Below, piece after piece: positions 1 to 9,336 of a DNA stretch of 64,000 bases; position 1 is the first letter of the stretch, and the number at the start of each line of letters is the position of its first letter. The notes below the pieces were generated by a model. It worked only from the letters and a program-made list of their open reading frames with translations, had not been told where the DNA came from and searched no databases. Origin of the DNA: Pseudomonadota bacterium (lineage in GTDB: Bacteria > Myxococcota > JACRCW01 > JAFGSX01); assembly GCA_043821645.1 (NCBI GenBank), contig JBDRCO010000042.1:26457-90456 (forward strand). Direction: 5' to 3'. Position numbers and translations under genes: made by a program.

Positions 1-2
1 CG

Positions 3-539
3 GCAATTGCCGTGGTCGCCGCGGTGCACGGCGCGGCGCGACTGGCACCCTGGTTGCAACCACGGCTGGCCGTGCGCCTGCCCGGGCTGCGCGCGAGCAG
101 CCTGTTGGCGGCGGTCGTCCTGACCGCCACGATCCTGGTCGACACGGTGGGCCGCTGGAACCCGACCGATCTGTTCGTGCTCGAGAAACCCTACCTGCCA
201 CATCCCGACGAGCGCCCGGCGATCCGTGCCGCGATCCGCAGCGTGCCTGACGGGGTGCCGGTGGCGGCGCAGAACTATCTGGTGGCGCACCTCGCCGCCC
301 GCGAGCAGATCTACGAGCTCGACGAGTGGCAGCGCGCCCAGCTGGTGGTCCTCGACGTGACGACCAGCCCCTGGCCCTACGACAGGCGCTTCGTTGACCA
401 CCTGGCCCGGCAGCTGGCCCGGGACCCGCAGTGGGGGCTGCGCTTCTGCGAGCGCCACGCCTGGGTCTTCGAACGCGGACGGGATCCGGCACAGGCTCCT
501 GACTGTCCGGGGCTGCAGCAGCAGCTCGGCTCACCTTGA
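3..539 (+). CDS. C-terminal part of a DUF2079-like (GT-C-type) membrane protein; 5' end lies outside the window
   Basis: Frame is open from the window edge. A hydrophobic helix is followed by 'AIRSVPDGVPVAAQNYLVAHLAAREQIY', typical of DUF2079 C-termini. The stop overlaps the next gene. Confidence 0.6.
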   Translation, partial: AIAVVAAVHGAARLAPWLQPRLAVRLPGLRASSLLAAVVLTATILVDTVGRWNPTDLFVLEKPYLPHPDERPAIRAAIRSVPDGVPVAAQNYLVAHLAAREQIYELDEWQRAQLVVLDVTTSPWPYDRRFVDHLARQLARDPQWGLRFCERHAWVFERGRDPAQAPDCPGLQQQLGSP

Positions 540-2149
540 CACCCCCCAGCGCGATCCCTAACCTCGCCGCTCCCATGGCTTCCCCCGACGACAGCAGGGC
601 AACGCCTGCCAGCACCTCCGACGACGCGCGCAGCGTCGGGCGCGGTGCCCTGCTCATCGCCCTGGGCAAGGTGGTGTTCCTGTTTGCCGGGGCCGCCATC
701 AACTTCGTGCTGCCCCGGCTGCTGAGCAAGGCCGACTACGGCAACTACGGCGTCGTGATCCGCATGATCTCGCTCATCAACATGATGACCGTGATCGGTC
801 TGTTGCAGAGCGTGAGCAAGCTGGTCAGCGAGAAACCCGCTCTGGCGCGGCACAGCTTGCGTCGGGCGCTGCTGCTGGCGTCGGTGGGGTCGGTCGCGGT
901 GGCCGGGCTCTATGCGGTGCTGTCGCCGGTGGTGGCGGGGCTGCTGCGGGATGATGCCCTGGCCGCGCCCATTGCCCTGTCCGCCACCATCACCCTGGGC
1001 TACGGCGTGTACGCCGTGGTCATGGGCACGGTCAACGGACTCAAGCGCTTCAAGGCCCAGGCCCTGCTCGACATGGGTTTCTCGGTGAGCAAGGTGGTCT
1101 GCATCCTCGGCGGCGCGGTGCTGGCGAGCCTGTTGCTGGCCGACAGCACGACACCATCTGTCGCAGGGCGTGGAACGGCCTGGGCGGTGGGAGGCTTCGC
1201 GGTGGCCGCTGCCGTGATGGCGATGGTAGGCCTGGTGAGCCTGCGCGGGCTTCCCGCTGTCGACGAGCACGTGCGCGGCCAGGCGCTGCCCCCCAGGCTG
1301 TTCGCGCGCCGCCTGTTGCTGTTCGCAGGCTCGGTCATGCTGTACCAGGGCAGCCTCAACGCGCTCATGAGCGCCGATCTGCTTCTGGTCAAGCGCCATG
1401 TCACCGCCGTCGACGCGGGTCTGGCTGGTGTCTACAACGCGGCGGTCAACGTTGCGCAGCTGCCCTACTTCGGTGTGCTGGCCATCACCTTCGTGGCCTT
1501 TCCGCTGATCTCGGCCACCACCTTTTCCGAGGACAGAGCGACCACCGCGCGCTACCTGCGTACGGCTTTTCGCTACGGTGCCCTCATTGCCATTGCCGTG
1601 AGCGCGGTCGTGGCTGGCAGCGCCGGCGACGTGATCAATCTGATCTTTCCTCGCGGCTACGAAGAGGGGTCCCTGGCGCTGGCGATCCTCGTCAGTGGTT
1701 ACTCCCTGCTGGCCTTGCACGCCATCGGCTGTACCCTGCTCAATGCCGCCGGTCATCCGATGGCGTCGTTCGGAGCCACCCTGGCAGGGACGATGCTCGC
1801 CGTCACGGTCACGCTGATCGCCTTGCCCGTGCTCGGATTGGTGGGCGCTGCCCTCGGCACGCTGTGTGGAGGCGCCCTGGCTTTCACGCTGACCGTGTGG
1901 CTGCTGCGGCAACGGCTCGGCGCCACGCCGCTTGTGCTGTCCAGCTTGCGCATCGTCGCGGCGGGAGTGGCCGTGGGCGCGCTGGGCTGGGTGCTGCCAC
2001 CCCGCGGTGTCTGGCTGGTCGTGCCCTTCTGCCTCGGGATGGGCCTGCTCTTTCTGGGTCTTCTCGTCGTGCTTCGCGAGCTCGGCCGGGACGACCTGCA
2101 GGTGGCCCTGGCTCCGTTCCGGCGCCGACGGACGGACCATGTGGCGTGA
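536..2149 (+). CDS. Polysaccharide/oligosaccharide flippase (Wzx/MurJ-like, MOP superfamily)
   Basis: About 14 hydrophobic segments, 'LPRLLSKADYGNYG' and 'AGVYNAA' motifs, and a glycosyltransferase operon context. Alternative start ATG 575. Confidence 0.85.
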   Translation: MTPPSAIPNLAAPMASPDDSRATPASTSDDARSVGRGALLIALGKVVFLFAGAAINFVLPRLLSKADYGNYGVVIRMISLINMMTVIGLLQSVSKLVSEKPALARHSLRRALLLASVGSVAVAGLYAVLSPVVAGLLRDDALAAPIALSATITLGYGVYAVVMGTVNGLKRFKAQALLDMGFSVSKVVCILGGAVLASLLLADSTTPSVAGRGTAWAVGGFAVAAAVMAMVGLVSLRGLPAVDEHVRGQALPPRLFARRLLLFAGSVMLYQGSLNALMSADLLLVKRHVTAVDAGLAGVYNAAVNVAQLPYFGVLAITFVAFPLISATTFSEDRATTARYLRTAFRYGALIAIAVSAVVAGSAGDVINLIFPRGYEEGSLALAILVSGYSLLALHAIGCTLLNAAGHPMASFGATLAGTMLAVTVTLIALPVLGLVGAALGTLCGGALAFTLTVWLLRQRLGATPLVLSSLRIVAAGVAVGALGWVLPPRGVWLVVPFCLGMGLLFLGLLVVLRELGRDDLQVALAPFRRRRTDHVA

Positions 2150-2894
2150 CAGGATCCTGGCCGTGGTGCTGCCGGCCTTCAACGAGGGGCGTCTGATCCA
2201 TCGCTGCGTCGACGAGCAACCGGCGTTCGTCGATCATGTCGTGGTCGTGGATGACGCGAGTACTGACGACACCGCGCAACAGGCGCGAGCCTCGAACCGG
2301 CCCGGCCTGCACGTGCTTCGACATGCTTCGAACCGTGGTGTGGGCGCGGCCACGGTCACCGGATACCGCGAGGCGCTGCGCCTGGGCGCCGAGCTCATCG
2401 TCGGCAGCAACGGCGACGCGCAGATGAATCCCGACGACACCGAGGGCTTGCTGCAGGGTCTGCTCGACGGCGCGGACCTGGTGCGCGGCAATCGCTTCGC
2501 GCGCCCGGACACCCTGGGTGCCATGCCCGTGGAACGCCGCATGGCCACGCGCGCGCTCTCTGTTTTCATGCGCCTCGCCACGGGCATCGCGGCCGTGCAC
2601 GACAGCCAGAGCGGCTTTCATGCCCTCACCCGCGACGCCCTGCAGCGCCTGGATCTGGACGTGCTGTGGCCAGGCTATGGCTTCCCCAACGACCTGGTGG
2701 CCCGGGCCGCGGAGGCCGGCCTGCGCATCGCCGAGGTTCCGGTGGACGCCCGCTATGGCACCGAGAAGAGCGGCATCCGGCCCTGGCATGCACTGCACCC
2801 CGTGGGCACGCGCATCACCGCGGCCGCCCTGCGCCGGTTGTTCCGTCGCCGCGTGAGCCTGGCCTTCGCGCAGACGGAACCGCGGGATCCCTGA
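2139..2894 (+). CDS. Glycosyltransferase family 2 (DPM1-like polyprenol-phosphate glycosyltransferase)
   Basis: 'VVLPAFNE', 'VVVDDASTDDT', 'NRGVGAA', 'DSQSGF'. Start re-called at ATG 2139 (MWRDRILAV). Confidence 0.9.
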   Translation: MWRDRILAVVLPAFNEGRLIHRCVDEQPAFVDHVVVVDDASTDDTAQQARASNRPGLHVLRHASNRGVGAATVTGYREALRLGAELIVGSNGDAQMNPDDTEGLLQGLLDGADLVRGNRFARPDTLGAMPVERRMATRALSVFMRLATGIAAVHDSQSGFHALTRDALQRLDLDVLWPGYGFPNDLVARAAEAGLRIAEVPVDARYGTEKSGIRPWHALHPVGTRITAAALRRLFRRRVSLAFAQTEPRDP

Positions 2895-4054
2895 TGAAAA
2901 GCGTGGTGGCCACGACCAGCTACCCGCGTTTTGACGACGACGGTGCGGGGCGCTTCGTGTGGGCCTCGGTGCAGGGCTTGCGCCGGGTCGGGGTCGAGGT
3001 CGAGGTGCTGGCGCCGGACCACGTGCTGGCGAGTGCGCCCGACGTCACCTGGCTGCGGCATGCGCCCCGGCGCGGCTGGCAGACCCTGTGCTATGGCCAC
3101 GGCATCCTCCCCAACCTGGACAGCTCACCTTGGCGGGCTGTGCTCGTGCCCGGCCTGCTGGCAGCCCTGGTGCACGCCCTGGCGCAGCGAAGAGGCTGCC
3201 CCACCGTGGCGCACTGGCTGGTGCCCACGGCCCTGGCCGCCGCCCTCGCCGGGGTGGAGCCCCTGGTGGCGGTGGTGCATGGCAGCGATCTGGCGCTGCT
3301 GGAGCGCCTGCCTGGCGGACCGCAGCTGGCGCGCTTCATCGTGGCGCGCTGCCGGCGCGTCGTTTCGGTGAGCCGCGAGCTGCAGGATCGTCTGCTGCGG
3401 CTGGCCCCCGCTGCCACCGTCGAGGTGATCCCCCCGGCGGTGGAGTGCATCGTCCCCACCTCGCGCCGGCAGGCCCGCGCTGCCCTTGGCCTCGACGACA
3501 GCGCCGCCGTGGTGCTGTTGCTGGGCCGCCTGCTCGAGACCAAGGGCCTGCGCACCATGCTGTCGTGCCTGCCCGCGCTGCCCGCGCAGACCGAAATCCT
3601 GATCGCCGGCGACGGACCCCTGCGCGCCGACATCGAGAACGCTGCGCGCCAGGCTGCCCGGCCCGTGCACGTGCTGGGCGCCATCGCCCCGTCGACGCGC
3701 GCCACTCTGTTTGGCGCCGCGGATCTGGTGGTCGTACCTTCGCAGCCGGATCCCTGGGGCCATGCCGAGGGCCTGCCTGCGGTGCTGCTCGAGGCCATGG
3801 CGGCCGGGGTCCCGGTCGTCGCCAGCGCGGTGGGGGGGATCCCCGACACCGTGGTCGATGGAGAGACCGGCTTGCTGGTTCCTGCAGCCGACGCCAGCGC
3901 CCTGGGGCAGGCCCTGTGCCGGGTGCTCGACGATGAGGGGCTGCGCCAGCGACTTGCGCACAGGGCGCAGCAGGCCATACAACCCCTGCTGGGACGCGGG
4001 CACGGCGAGCGCATGCGGGCCCTGCTCGAGCCGCCACCCGGGAGAGCGGTGTGA
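2894..4054 (+). CDS. Glycosyltransferase family 4
   Basis: TGATG stop/start overlap at 2892-2896. Motifs 'TTSYPR', 'HGSD', 'GRLLETKG' and the 'EGLPAVLLEAMAAG' EX7E motif. Confidence 0.9.
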   Translation: MKSVVATTSYPRFDDDGAGRFVWASVQGLRRVGVEVEVLAPDHVLASAPDVTWLRHAPRRGWQTLCYGHGILPNLDSSPWRAVLVPGLLAALVHALAQRRGCPTVAHWLVPTALAAALAGVEPLVAVVHGSDLALLERLPGGPQLARFIVARCRRVVSVSRELQDRLLRLAPAATVEVIPPAVECIVPTSRRQARAALGLDDSAAVVLLLGRLLETKGLRTMLSCLPALPAQTEILIAGDGPLRADIENAARQAARPVHVLGAIAPSTRATLFGAADLVVVPSQPDPWGHAEGLPAVLLEAMAAGVPVVASAVGGIPDTVVDGETGLLVPAADASALGQALCRVLDDEGLRQRLAHRAQQAIQPLLGRGHGERMRALLEPPPGRAV

Positions 4055-5169
4055 GTCAGATCCTCGTCGTCAGCAAGCCCTTCGCGCCCCCCTGGCGCGA
4101 TAGCTCCAAGAACCTGGCGCGGGAGCTGGTGCGCGCTGCCACCGCGACTCGCTTCCGGGTGCTGACCCCTCCGGGTCTGCGACTCCCCTTCGACCACGTC
4201 GTCACCGAGGGCGTGTACCGGCACGCCGGTCGCTTCGAGCCCGGCCTGCTGCAGAACCTGCGCGTGCTTGCTCGCCTGCTGCAACCCGCGCAGGCCGATC
4301 TGATTCACTTCTTCTTTGCACCCAGCGCTCGCACCGCGCGGGCCGCTCGCCTGGCCCTGTCCCTGCCAGGCCGACGCCTCCCGACGGTGCAGACCGTGTG
4401 CAGCCTGCCCGTCGATGGCCTGGCGGTGCGCCCTGGCCTGTTCGCCGACGCCACGGTGGTCCTTTCCAGATACGCGCAACAGCGTCTGCTGGCCGAGGGT
4501 GTCGCCGGTGTTCACTGCATCGCGCCGGCAGTGCGGGCTGCACCCTGGCCCTCGCCGCGACGCCGCCAGCGCCTGCGCCGGCTGCTGGGGCTGGTCGACG
4601 GACCGGTGGTGCTGTTTGCGGGGGACCTGGAGCCTGCCCGCGGCGCCGCGACCCTGATCGAGGCGGTGCCTGCCCTGCGCGCGGCCCTGCCTGACATCCA
4701 GGTGGTGATCGCGGCCCGCGCCAAGACGCCAGCCACGCGGGTCCATGCCCGGGAGCTGAACGATCGTGTCAATCGGCTTGGCGCCGCCTCCTGCGTGCGC
4801 TTCGTGGGCGAGGTGCGCCACATGCGGGCCTGGCTGGCTGCCGCCGACGTGCAGGTACTGGTCGCGCGATCCCTCGAGAAGAAGATGGACTATCCACTGG
4901 TGCTGCTCGAGGGCCTGGCGCGAGGACTCCCCGTCGTGGTCAGCGACAGGCCGCCGCTGTCCGAGATCCTGGAACTGGCGCCGGGCGCAGGTCGCCGCGT
5001 CGCGCCCGACGATCCTGAAGCCCTGGCGCATGCGGTGGCGACGCTGCTCGATGACAGCACCGCCCTCGACGCTGCGCGCCATGCGGCACATCGTGGCGTG
5101 CGCGCGTTTTCCCCTGCGCTCATGGCAGAACGCTACGTGGATCTGTACCGGTCGCTGCTCCCAGCCTGA
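4051..5169 (+). CDS. Glycosyltransferase family 4
   Basis: GTGA overlap with the upstream gene. 'DYPLVLLEGLARGLPVVVSD' GT-B C-terminal motif. Confidence 0.85.
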   Translation: MSQILVVSKPFAPPWRDSSKNLARELVRAATATRFRVLTPPGLRLPFDHVVTEGVYRHAGRFEPGLLQNLRVLARLLQPAQADLIHFFFAPSARTARAARLALSLPGRRLPTVQTVCSLPVDGLAVRPGLFADATVVLSRYAQQRLLAEGVAGVHCIAPAVRAAPWPSPRRRQRLRRLLGLVDGPVVLFAGDLEPARGAATLIEAVPALRAALPDIQVVIAARAKTPATRVHARELNDRVNRLGAASCVRFVGEVRHMRAWLAAADVQVLVARSLEKKMDYPLVLLEGLARGLPVVVSDRPPLSEILELAPGAGRRVAPDDPEALAHAVATLLDDSTALDAARHAAHRGVRAFSPALMAERYVDLYRSLLPA

Positions 5170-5204
5170 ACCGTGGCGGCCGGAGTGCGTCGCCCCGAGC
5201 TGCG

Positions 5205-5723
5205 CTACAGCGTCTTGGCGTAGATGACCTTGTCGTCGCCAGGCGCGTAGAAATTGCGCAGGCGCGCCTCCTCGAGATAGCCCGTGCGCAGGTAAAAGGC
5301 GCGGGTCGCGTCGTAGCCAGGCTTGCCGGCAGTCTCGATGAGCACCAGGTGACCGTCTTGCTCGCGTACGGCCTGCTCGCAGCGCTCGACCAGGCGCCGG
5401 CCCACACCCAGGCCCTGTGTCGACGGGTCCACCGCGATCCAGTACAGGTCGAAGGTTGCCACCGTGCAGGGGGTATGGCCCCAGCACACGTAACCCACGA
5501 CCTGGCCGGCGTGCTCGGCCACGGCGAAGTGGTAGGCGTCGGGCGTCCCGTCGTCACCTTCGTCGATGAGCTCGAGAGCCACCGCCACCTCGTCGTCGGA
5601 GAAGGCCGCGGTGTCGATGAGGATTCGCTGCAGGGGCTCGCGGTCCTCCGGGCGCAGGGGCCGGATCGAGACCTCAGGCGCGCTGCGCGGTGTCGCGGAC
5701 GATGCGATCGATGAGCTCGTCAT
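5205..5723 (-). CDS. GNAT family N-acetyltransferase
   Basis: 'LYWIAVDPSTQGLGVGRRL' acetyl-CoA motif A and 'TRAFYLRTGY'. Last gene of the kamA module; overlaps the upstream ligase. Confidence 0.9.
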   Translation of the reverse strand: MTSSSIASSATPRSAPEVSIRPLRPEDREPLQRILIDTAAFSDDEVAVALELIDEGDDGTPDAYHFAVAEHAGQVVGYVCWGHTPCTVATFDLYWIAVDPSTQGLGVGRRLVERCEQAVREQDGHLVLIETAGKPGYDATRAFYLRTGYLEEARLRNFYAPGDDKVIYAKTL

Positions 5724-6684
5724 AGGGTATGCCGCTCCGTTCTGCGGCCCGCGCCAGGCCGGCGTCGGGCGAGATATCTGGGTTCGGGTTGACCTCGAGC
5801 ACGCAGGGCTGTCCGTCGTGGTCGAGGCGGAGATCCACCCGGCCGTAGTCGCGCAGGCCCACGGCGCGGTACGCGTCCAGGGCGGTGCGGCGAATGGCCG
5901 CCGCCAGCGCAGGCGCCAGGGCGCGCGCGGCGATGGACGGGGTCTTCAGAAAAGCCTCGCTGTCCTCGGCCCACTTGGCCTCGTAGGTGACCAGCGGCGG
6001 GTGCGACGCCGGCAGCTCGTCGAAGGCGATCTCGGCGAGCTCCAGGCAGTGGGCGTCGGCGCCGGCTCCGAGCACGGCCACGTTGAACTCCCGTCCAGGA
6101 AGGAAGCTCTCGACCAGCGCGGGTTGCCGGTAGCGTGCCACGACGTCCCGCGCCCGGGTCCGTGCCATGGCCTCGTTTGCGACCACGCTGTCGACGGTGA
6201 TGCCATGGCTGGCGTCCTCGTGGGCGGGCTTGACGATGGCCGGGTAGCGCAGGTCGCCGAAGGGCTCGTTGCCGTTCACCACCAGCACACCCGGCGCCAC
6301 GGCGATGCCGCGATCACGCAGCACAGCCTTGCACAGGGGCTTGTCGAGCCCCAGGGTCATGGCCTCGGGAGGGGAGCCGGTGTAGCGCAGCCTTGCCAGT
6401 TCGTAGAGCCAGGCCATGGCCGCTTCGAGTCGCGCATCGCCACCCAGGGCCTCGACCAGGTTGAACACCAGCTCCACGTCGAGCCCGGCCAGGGTTCTCG
6501 CGAGGGTGGGCAGGTCCGGCTTCAGTCCGATCATCTCGGCGCGATGCCCGCGCGCCTGCAGCGCCTGCGTCACAGCGCGGGCGCAGGGCACCACCGCGGC
6601 CACGGCGAGGGCGTCGCCGGCGTCACCGTGCAGCAGCGCGGCGTCGTCGTTGTACAGGACGGCGATGCGAAGGCCCATGACCAC
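5674..6684 (-). CDS. D-Ala-D-Ala-ligase-like ATP-grasp enzyme (non-canonical)
   Basis: 'LVFNLVE', 'YTGS', 'LDK', 'IVKP..EDASHGI', 'GREF', 'YGRVDLR', 'LEVNPNP'. Lacks the N-terminal GGxSxE motif of true Ddl. Start may be ATG 6678. Confidence 0.85.
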   Translation of the reverse strand: MVMGLRIAVLYNDDAALLHGDAGDALAVAAVVPCARAVTQALQARGHRAEMIGLKPDLPTLARTLAGLDVELVFNLVEALGGDARLEAAMAWLYELARLRYTGSPPEAMTLGLDKPLCKAVLRDRGIAVAPGVLVVNGNEPFGDLRYPAIVKPAHEDASHGITVDSVVANEAMARTRARDVVARYRQPALVESFLPGREFNVAVLGAGADAHCLELAEIAFDELPASHPPLVTYEAKWAEDSEAFLKTPSIAARALAPALAAAIRRTALDAYRAVGLRDYGRVDLRLDHDGQPCVLEVNPNPDISPDAGLARAAERSGIPYDELIDRIVRDTAQRA

Positions 6685-7674
6685 CTACAGCTTGTAGCGC
6701 GCCCGGGCGCTGTCCACGATCCCGGCGATGAGGCTGTCGTAGGTCATACCGCGGCCGCGCGCCAGGATGCACAGGTCGCTGGTCTCGGGATTGAGTCCGG
6801 GCAGGGGGTTGATCTCGATGAAGGCAGGCCGCCCGGCGTCGTCCAGGCGAAGATCCACCCGCGCCACGTCGCGACAGTCCAGCGCGGCATAGGCCTGCAG
6901 GGCGATCTTCTCTGCCTCCTCGACCACCGCCGGCGCCACCGTCGGCGGCACCTTGTAGGCGACCTGGTTGCGCCAGTCGCGCTTGACCTCGAGCGAGTAC
7001 ACGAAGCTCTCGAGCCCCAGCTGGGTGGGCGCGATCTCCATGGTGCCGATGACCTTGGCCCGGCCGCGCACCCCGAGCACGCCCACGGTGAGCTCGACGC
7101 CGGGACAGAAGCCCTCGACCAGCACCGGCTGATCATAGTCGTCGAGCTGGCGCCGGCATTCCTCGCGCAGCTCCTCGGCGTCGGTGACCCGGGAGCTGAG
7201 CCGCACGCCCATGCTCGAGCCCTCGGCCAGGGGCTTGACCAGCAGCGGGAAACCCATCTTGAGCTTGCGCAGGTCGGCCAGGTGGCGCACCACCGCGAAG
7301 GGCGGCGTGGGCACCCCGGCGGCGGCCACCACCCGCTTGGTCAGGGCCTTGTCCAGGCTCAGGGCCAGGGCCAGGGGGTCCGAGTGGGTGCAGGGCACAC
7401 CCAGCATCTCGCACAGCGCCGGCACCTGGGCCTCGCGGGAGCGCGCGCCCCGCCCCTCGGCAATGTTGAACACCAGCTGGGGTGGGCGGGCCAGCAGGGC
7501 CTCGGCAAAGGCGCGGCCGCCACCCAGGCGTCGCGGGCTGTGGCCGTGGGCCCTGAGCGCCTGCTCCAGGGCCGCGATGGTGCTCTCCTCGTCGTACTCT
7601 TCCAGGCGGTCGATGGGAGCCTCGGCCGCCGCGGTGAAGCTGCTCTTGAGATCGTAGGCCAGACCGATGTCCAT
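6685..7674 (-). CDS. D-Ala-D-Ala-ligase-like ATP-grasp enzyme (non-canonical)
   Basis: 'LVFNIAEG', 'LDKALTK', 'VKPLAEGSSMG', 'ARVDLR', 'IEINPLPG'. Lacks GGxSxE. Confidence 0.85.
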   Translation of the reverse strand: MDIGLAYDLKSSFTAAAEAPIDRLEEYDEESTIAALEQALRAHGHSPRRLGGGRAFAEALLARPPQLVFNIAEGRGARSREAQVPALCEMLGVPCTHSDPLALALSLDKALTKRVVAAAGVPTPPFAVVRHLADLRKLKMGFPLLVKPLAEGSSMGVRLSSRVTDAEELREECRRQLDDYDQPVLVEGFCPGVELTVGVLGVRGRAKVIGTMEIAPTQLGLESFVYSLEVKRDWRNQVAYKVPPTVAPAVVEEAEKIALQAYAALDCRDVARVDLRLDDAGRPAFIEINPLPGLNPETSDLCILARGRGMTYDSLIAGIVDSARARYKL

Positions 7675-7724
7675 CGCCTTGTACCTCGCTATTTTTCGAG
7701 GGGGCGTCGGGCGCCTACCCTCTC

Positions 7725-7792
7725 CAGGGGCGGTCGGCCCGCCCCTCGTCGCCGGGAGTGAATCCCGTCGACTTCACCCCGGCAGCACCTGA
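7725..7792 (-). repeat. Dispersed structured element, copy 1 (candidate cis-regulatory RNA or REP-like repeat)
   Basis: Reverse complement matches 31970-32038 at 64 of 69 aligned positions by manual alignment. Contains two hairpins and is enclosed by a 9-bp inverted repeat (7700-7708 / 7838-7846). Confidence 0.85.
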
Positions 7793-7871
7793 GCTCGGCG
7801 TGGGCGGGCGACACCTCGCCCTTCAGGGGAGCGCCAGGACGCCCCCCCGTGCGCCGTGCAAAGGACAGGGG

Positions 7872-9149
7872 TCAGCGGATCTCGATCACCTCGGCCCCAC
7901 CGCCGTCGCTGGGCGCAGCTGTCCCCGGCTCCATGAGCCAGGTGCTGGGTGTGGGCAGGTCAAGCTGGGTCGGGTTGGCTCCTGCCATGGCCTCGGCAGA
8001 CAGAGGCTGCGGGTCGCGGTACTCGAGGAGCTTGCCCTGGAAGTTGCGAAGCACGGCTTCACCGCGGGTGACGTCGTAGGCCAGCAGGTAGTCGGGGCCG
8101 ACCGGGATCTTGCCGCCGCCGCCAGGGGCGTCGATGACGTAGGTCGGCACGGCCAGGCCGCTGGTGTGGCCGCGCAGGCCGGCAATGATGTCGATGCCGC
8201 GCTGGATCGAGGTGCGAAAGTGTTCGGCACCGCGCACCGGGTCGCACTGAAAAAGGTAGTAAGGCCGCACCCGCATGCGCATCAGGCGGTGGGTCAGCTC
8301 GCGCATGGTGCCGACGTCGTCGTTGACACCCTTGAGCAGCACGCTCTGGTTGTTGAGCGGGATGCCCGCGCGCAGCAGCTTGTCGCAGGCCGCCGTGGCC
8401 TCGGGCGTGCACTCGCGGGGGTGCTCGAACTGCACGTTCATCCACACCGGGTGGTACTTGGCGAGCATCTGGCACAGGTCGTCGGTGATGCGCTGGGGCA
8501 TGACGCAGGGCACCCGGGTGCCTATGCGGATGACCTGGACGTGGGGGATGGCGCGCACCTTCTTGAGCACGCCCTCGAGCCGCGCCGTCGACAGGCACAG
8601 GGGATCGCCACCGGAGATGATGACGTCGCGAATCTCGGGGTGGCGCGCGATGTACTTGACCATGCGGCCCAGCTCGAGCCTGGGCACTGCGCCCTCGAAC
8701 ATGAGCCGCTTGCGCGTGCAGTGGCGGCAGTACATGGCGCAGGTGTTGCTGATGACCATCAGCACCCGGTCCGGATAGCGGTGGGTCAGTCCGGGCACGG
8801 GCGAGTGGCCCTCCTCGTGCAGCGGATCGTCCTCACCCACGTTGCGGTACAGGTACTCGTCGAGGCTGGGCAGGGACTGGCGGGCGATGGGATCGTCCGC
8901 ATCGTCCAGGTCGATGAGCGACAGGTAGTAGGGCGTGATGCCGATGCGAAAGTTCTGCACGACCTTCTGCCAGACCGCGTGATCTCCGTCGGCGACGCGC
9001 CACAACTTCTCGAGTTCATCGAGCGAGGTGATGCGGTGCCTGAACTGCCAGCGCCAGTCTGTCCATTCGGCTTGGGTGACGGCGGGAAACAGCCGCGCAC
9101 GTCGCTGCGAGTGCGGCTCGATGTCCTGCTCGTCGATGCTCTGCTCCAT
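7872..9149 (-). CDS. kamA: Lysine 2,3-aminomutase (KamA-type radical SAM/PLP enzyme)
   Basis: 'WTDWRWQ', 'GLTHRYPDRVL', CxxxCxxC 'CAMYCRHC', 'YYLFQCD', and the 'YVIDAPGGGGKIP' PLP-lysine motif. Start re-called at ATG 9149. Confidence 0.92.
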   Translation of the reverse strand: MEQSIDEQDIEPHSQRRARLFPAVTQAEWTDWRWQFRHRITSLDELEKLWRVADGDHAVWQKVVQNFRIGITPYYLSLIDLDDADDPIARQSLPSLDEYLYRNVGEDDPLHEEGHSPVPGLTHRYPDRVLMVISNTCAMYCRHCTRKRLMFEGAVPRLELGRMVKYIARHPEIRDVIISGGDPLCLSTARLEGVLKKVRAIPHVQVIRIGTRVPCVMPQRITDDLCQMLAKYHPVWMNVQFEHPRECTPEATAACDKLLRAGIPLNNQSVLLKGVNDDVGTMRELTHRLMRMRVRPYYLFQCDPVRGAEHFRTSIQRGIDIIAGLRGHTSGLAVPTYVIDAPGGGGKIPVGPDYLLAYDVTRGEAVLRNFQGKLLEYRDPQPLSAEAMAGANPTQLDLPTPSTWLMEPGTAAPSDGGGAEVIEIR

Positions 9150-9336
9150 TCTTTCTGCCCCGGCGTCTCGGTGACGTCGCCCACAACGGCGGGCCCCGAC
9201 GAGACGCATAGTGATTTTTTGGGTTGGTTGAAGAGGCGTTGTTATGAGCCGTGTTCGTGGCTCGCCCCCGAAAAGGTTGGTACCTCTTTACCTACTCCAG
9301 CTGTACCCACCTGCAAGACTTATTTGGAGGCTGGAT

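Noticed and set aside
5674-7674. Calling the two ligases ddlA/ddlB or vancomycin-resistance ligases
   Set aside because: No GGxSxE motif, and no mur/fts or vanH/vanX context.
7872-9149. Calling the aminomutase EpmB or glutamate 2,3-aminomutase
   Set aside because: It has the KamA-type DAPGGGGK motif and both lysine-binding aspartates, and efp/epmA are not adjacent.
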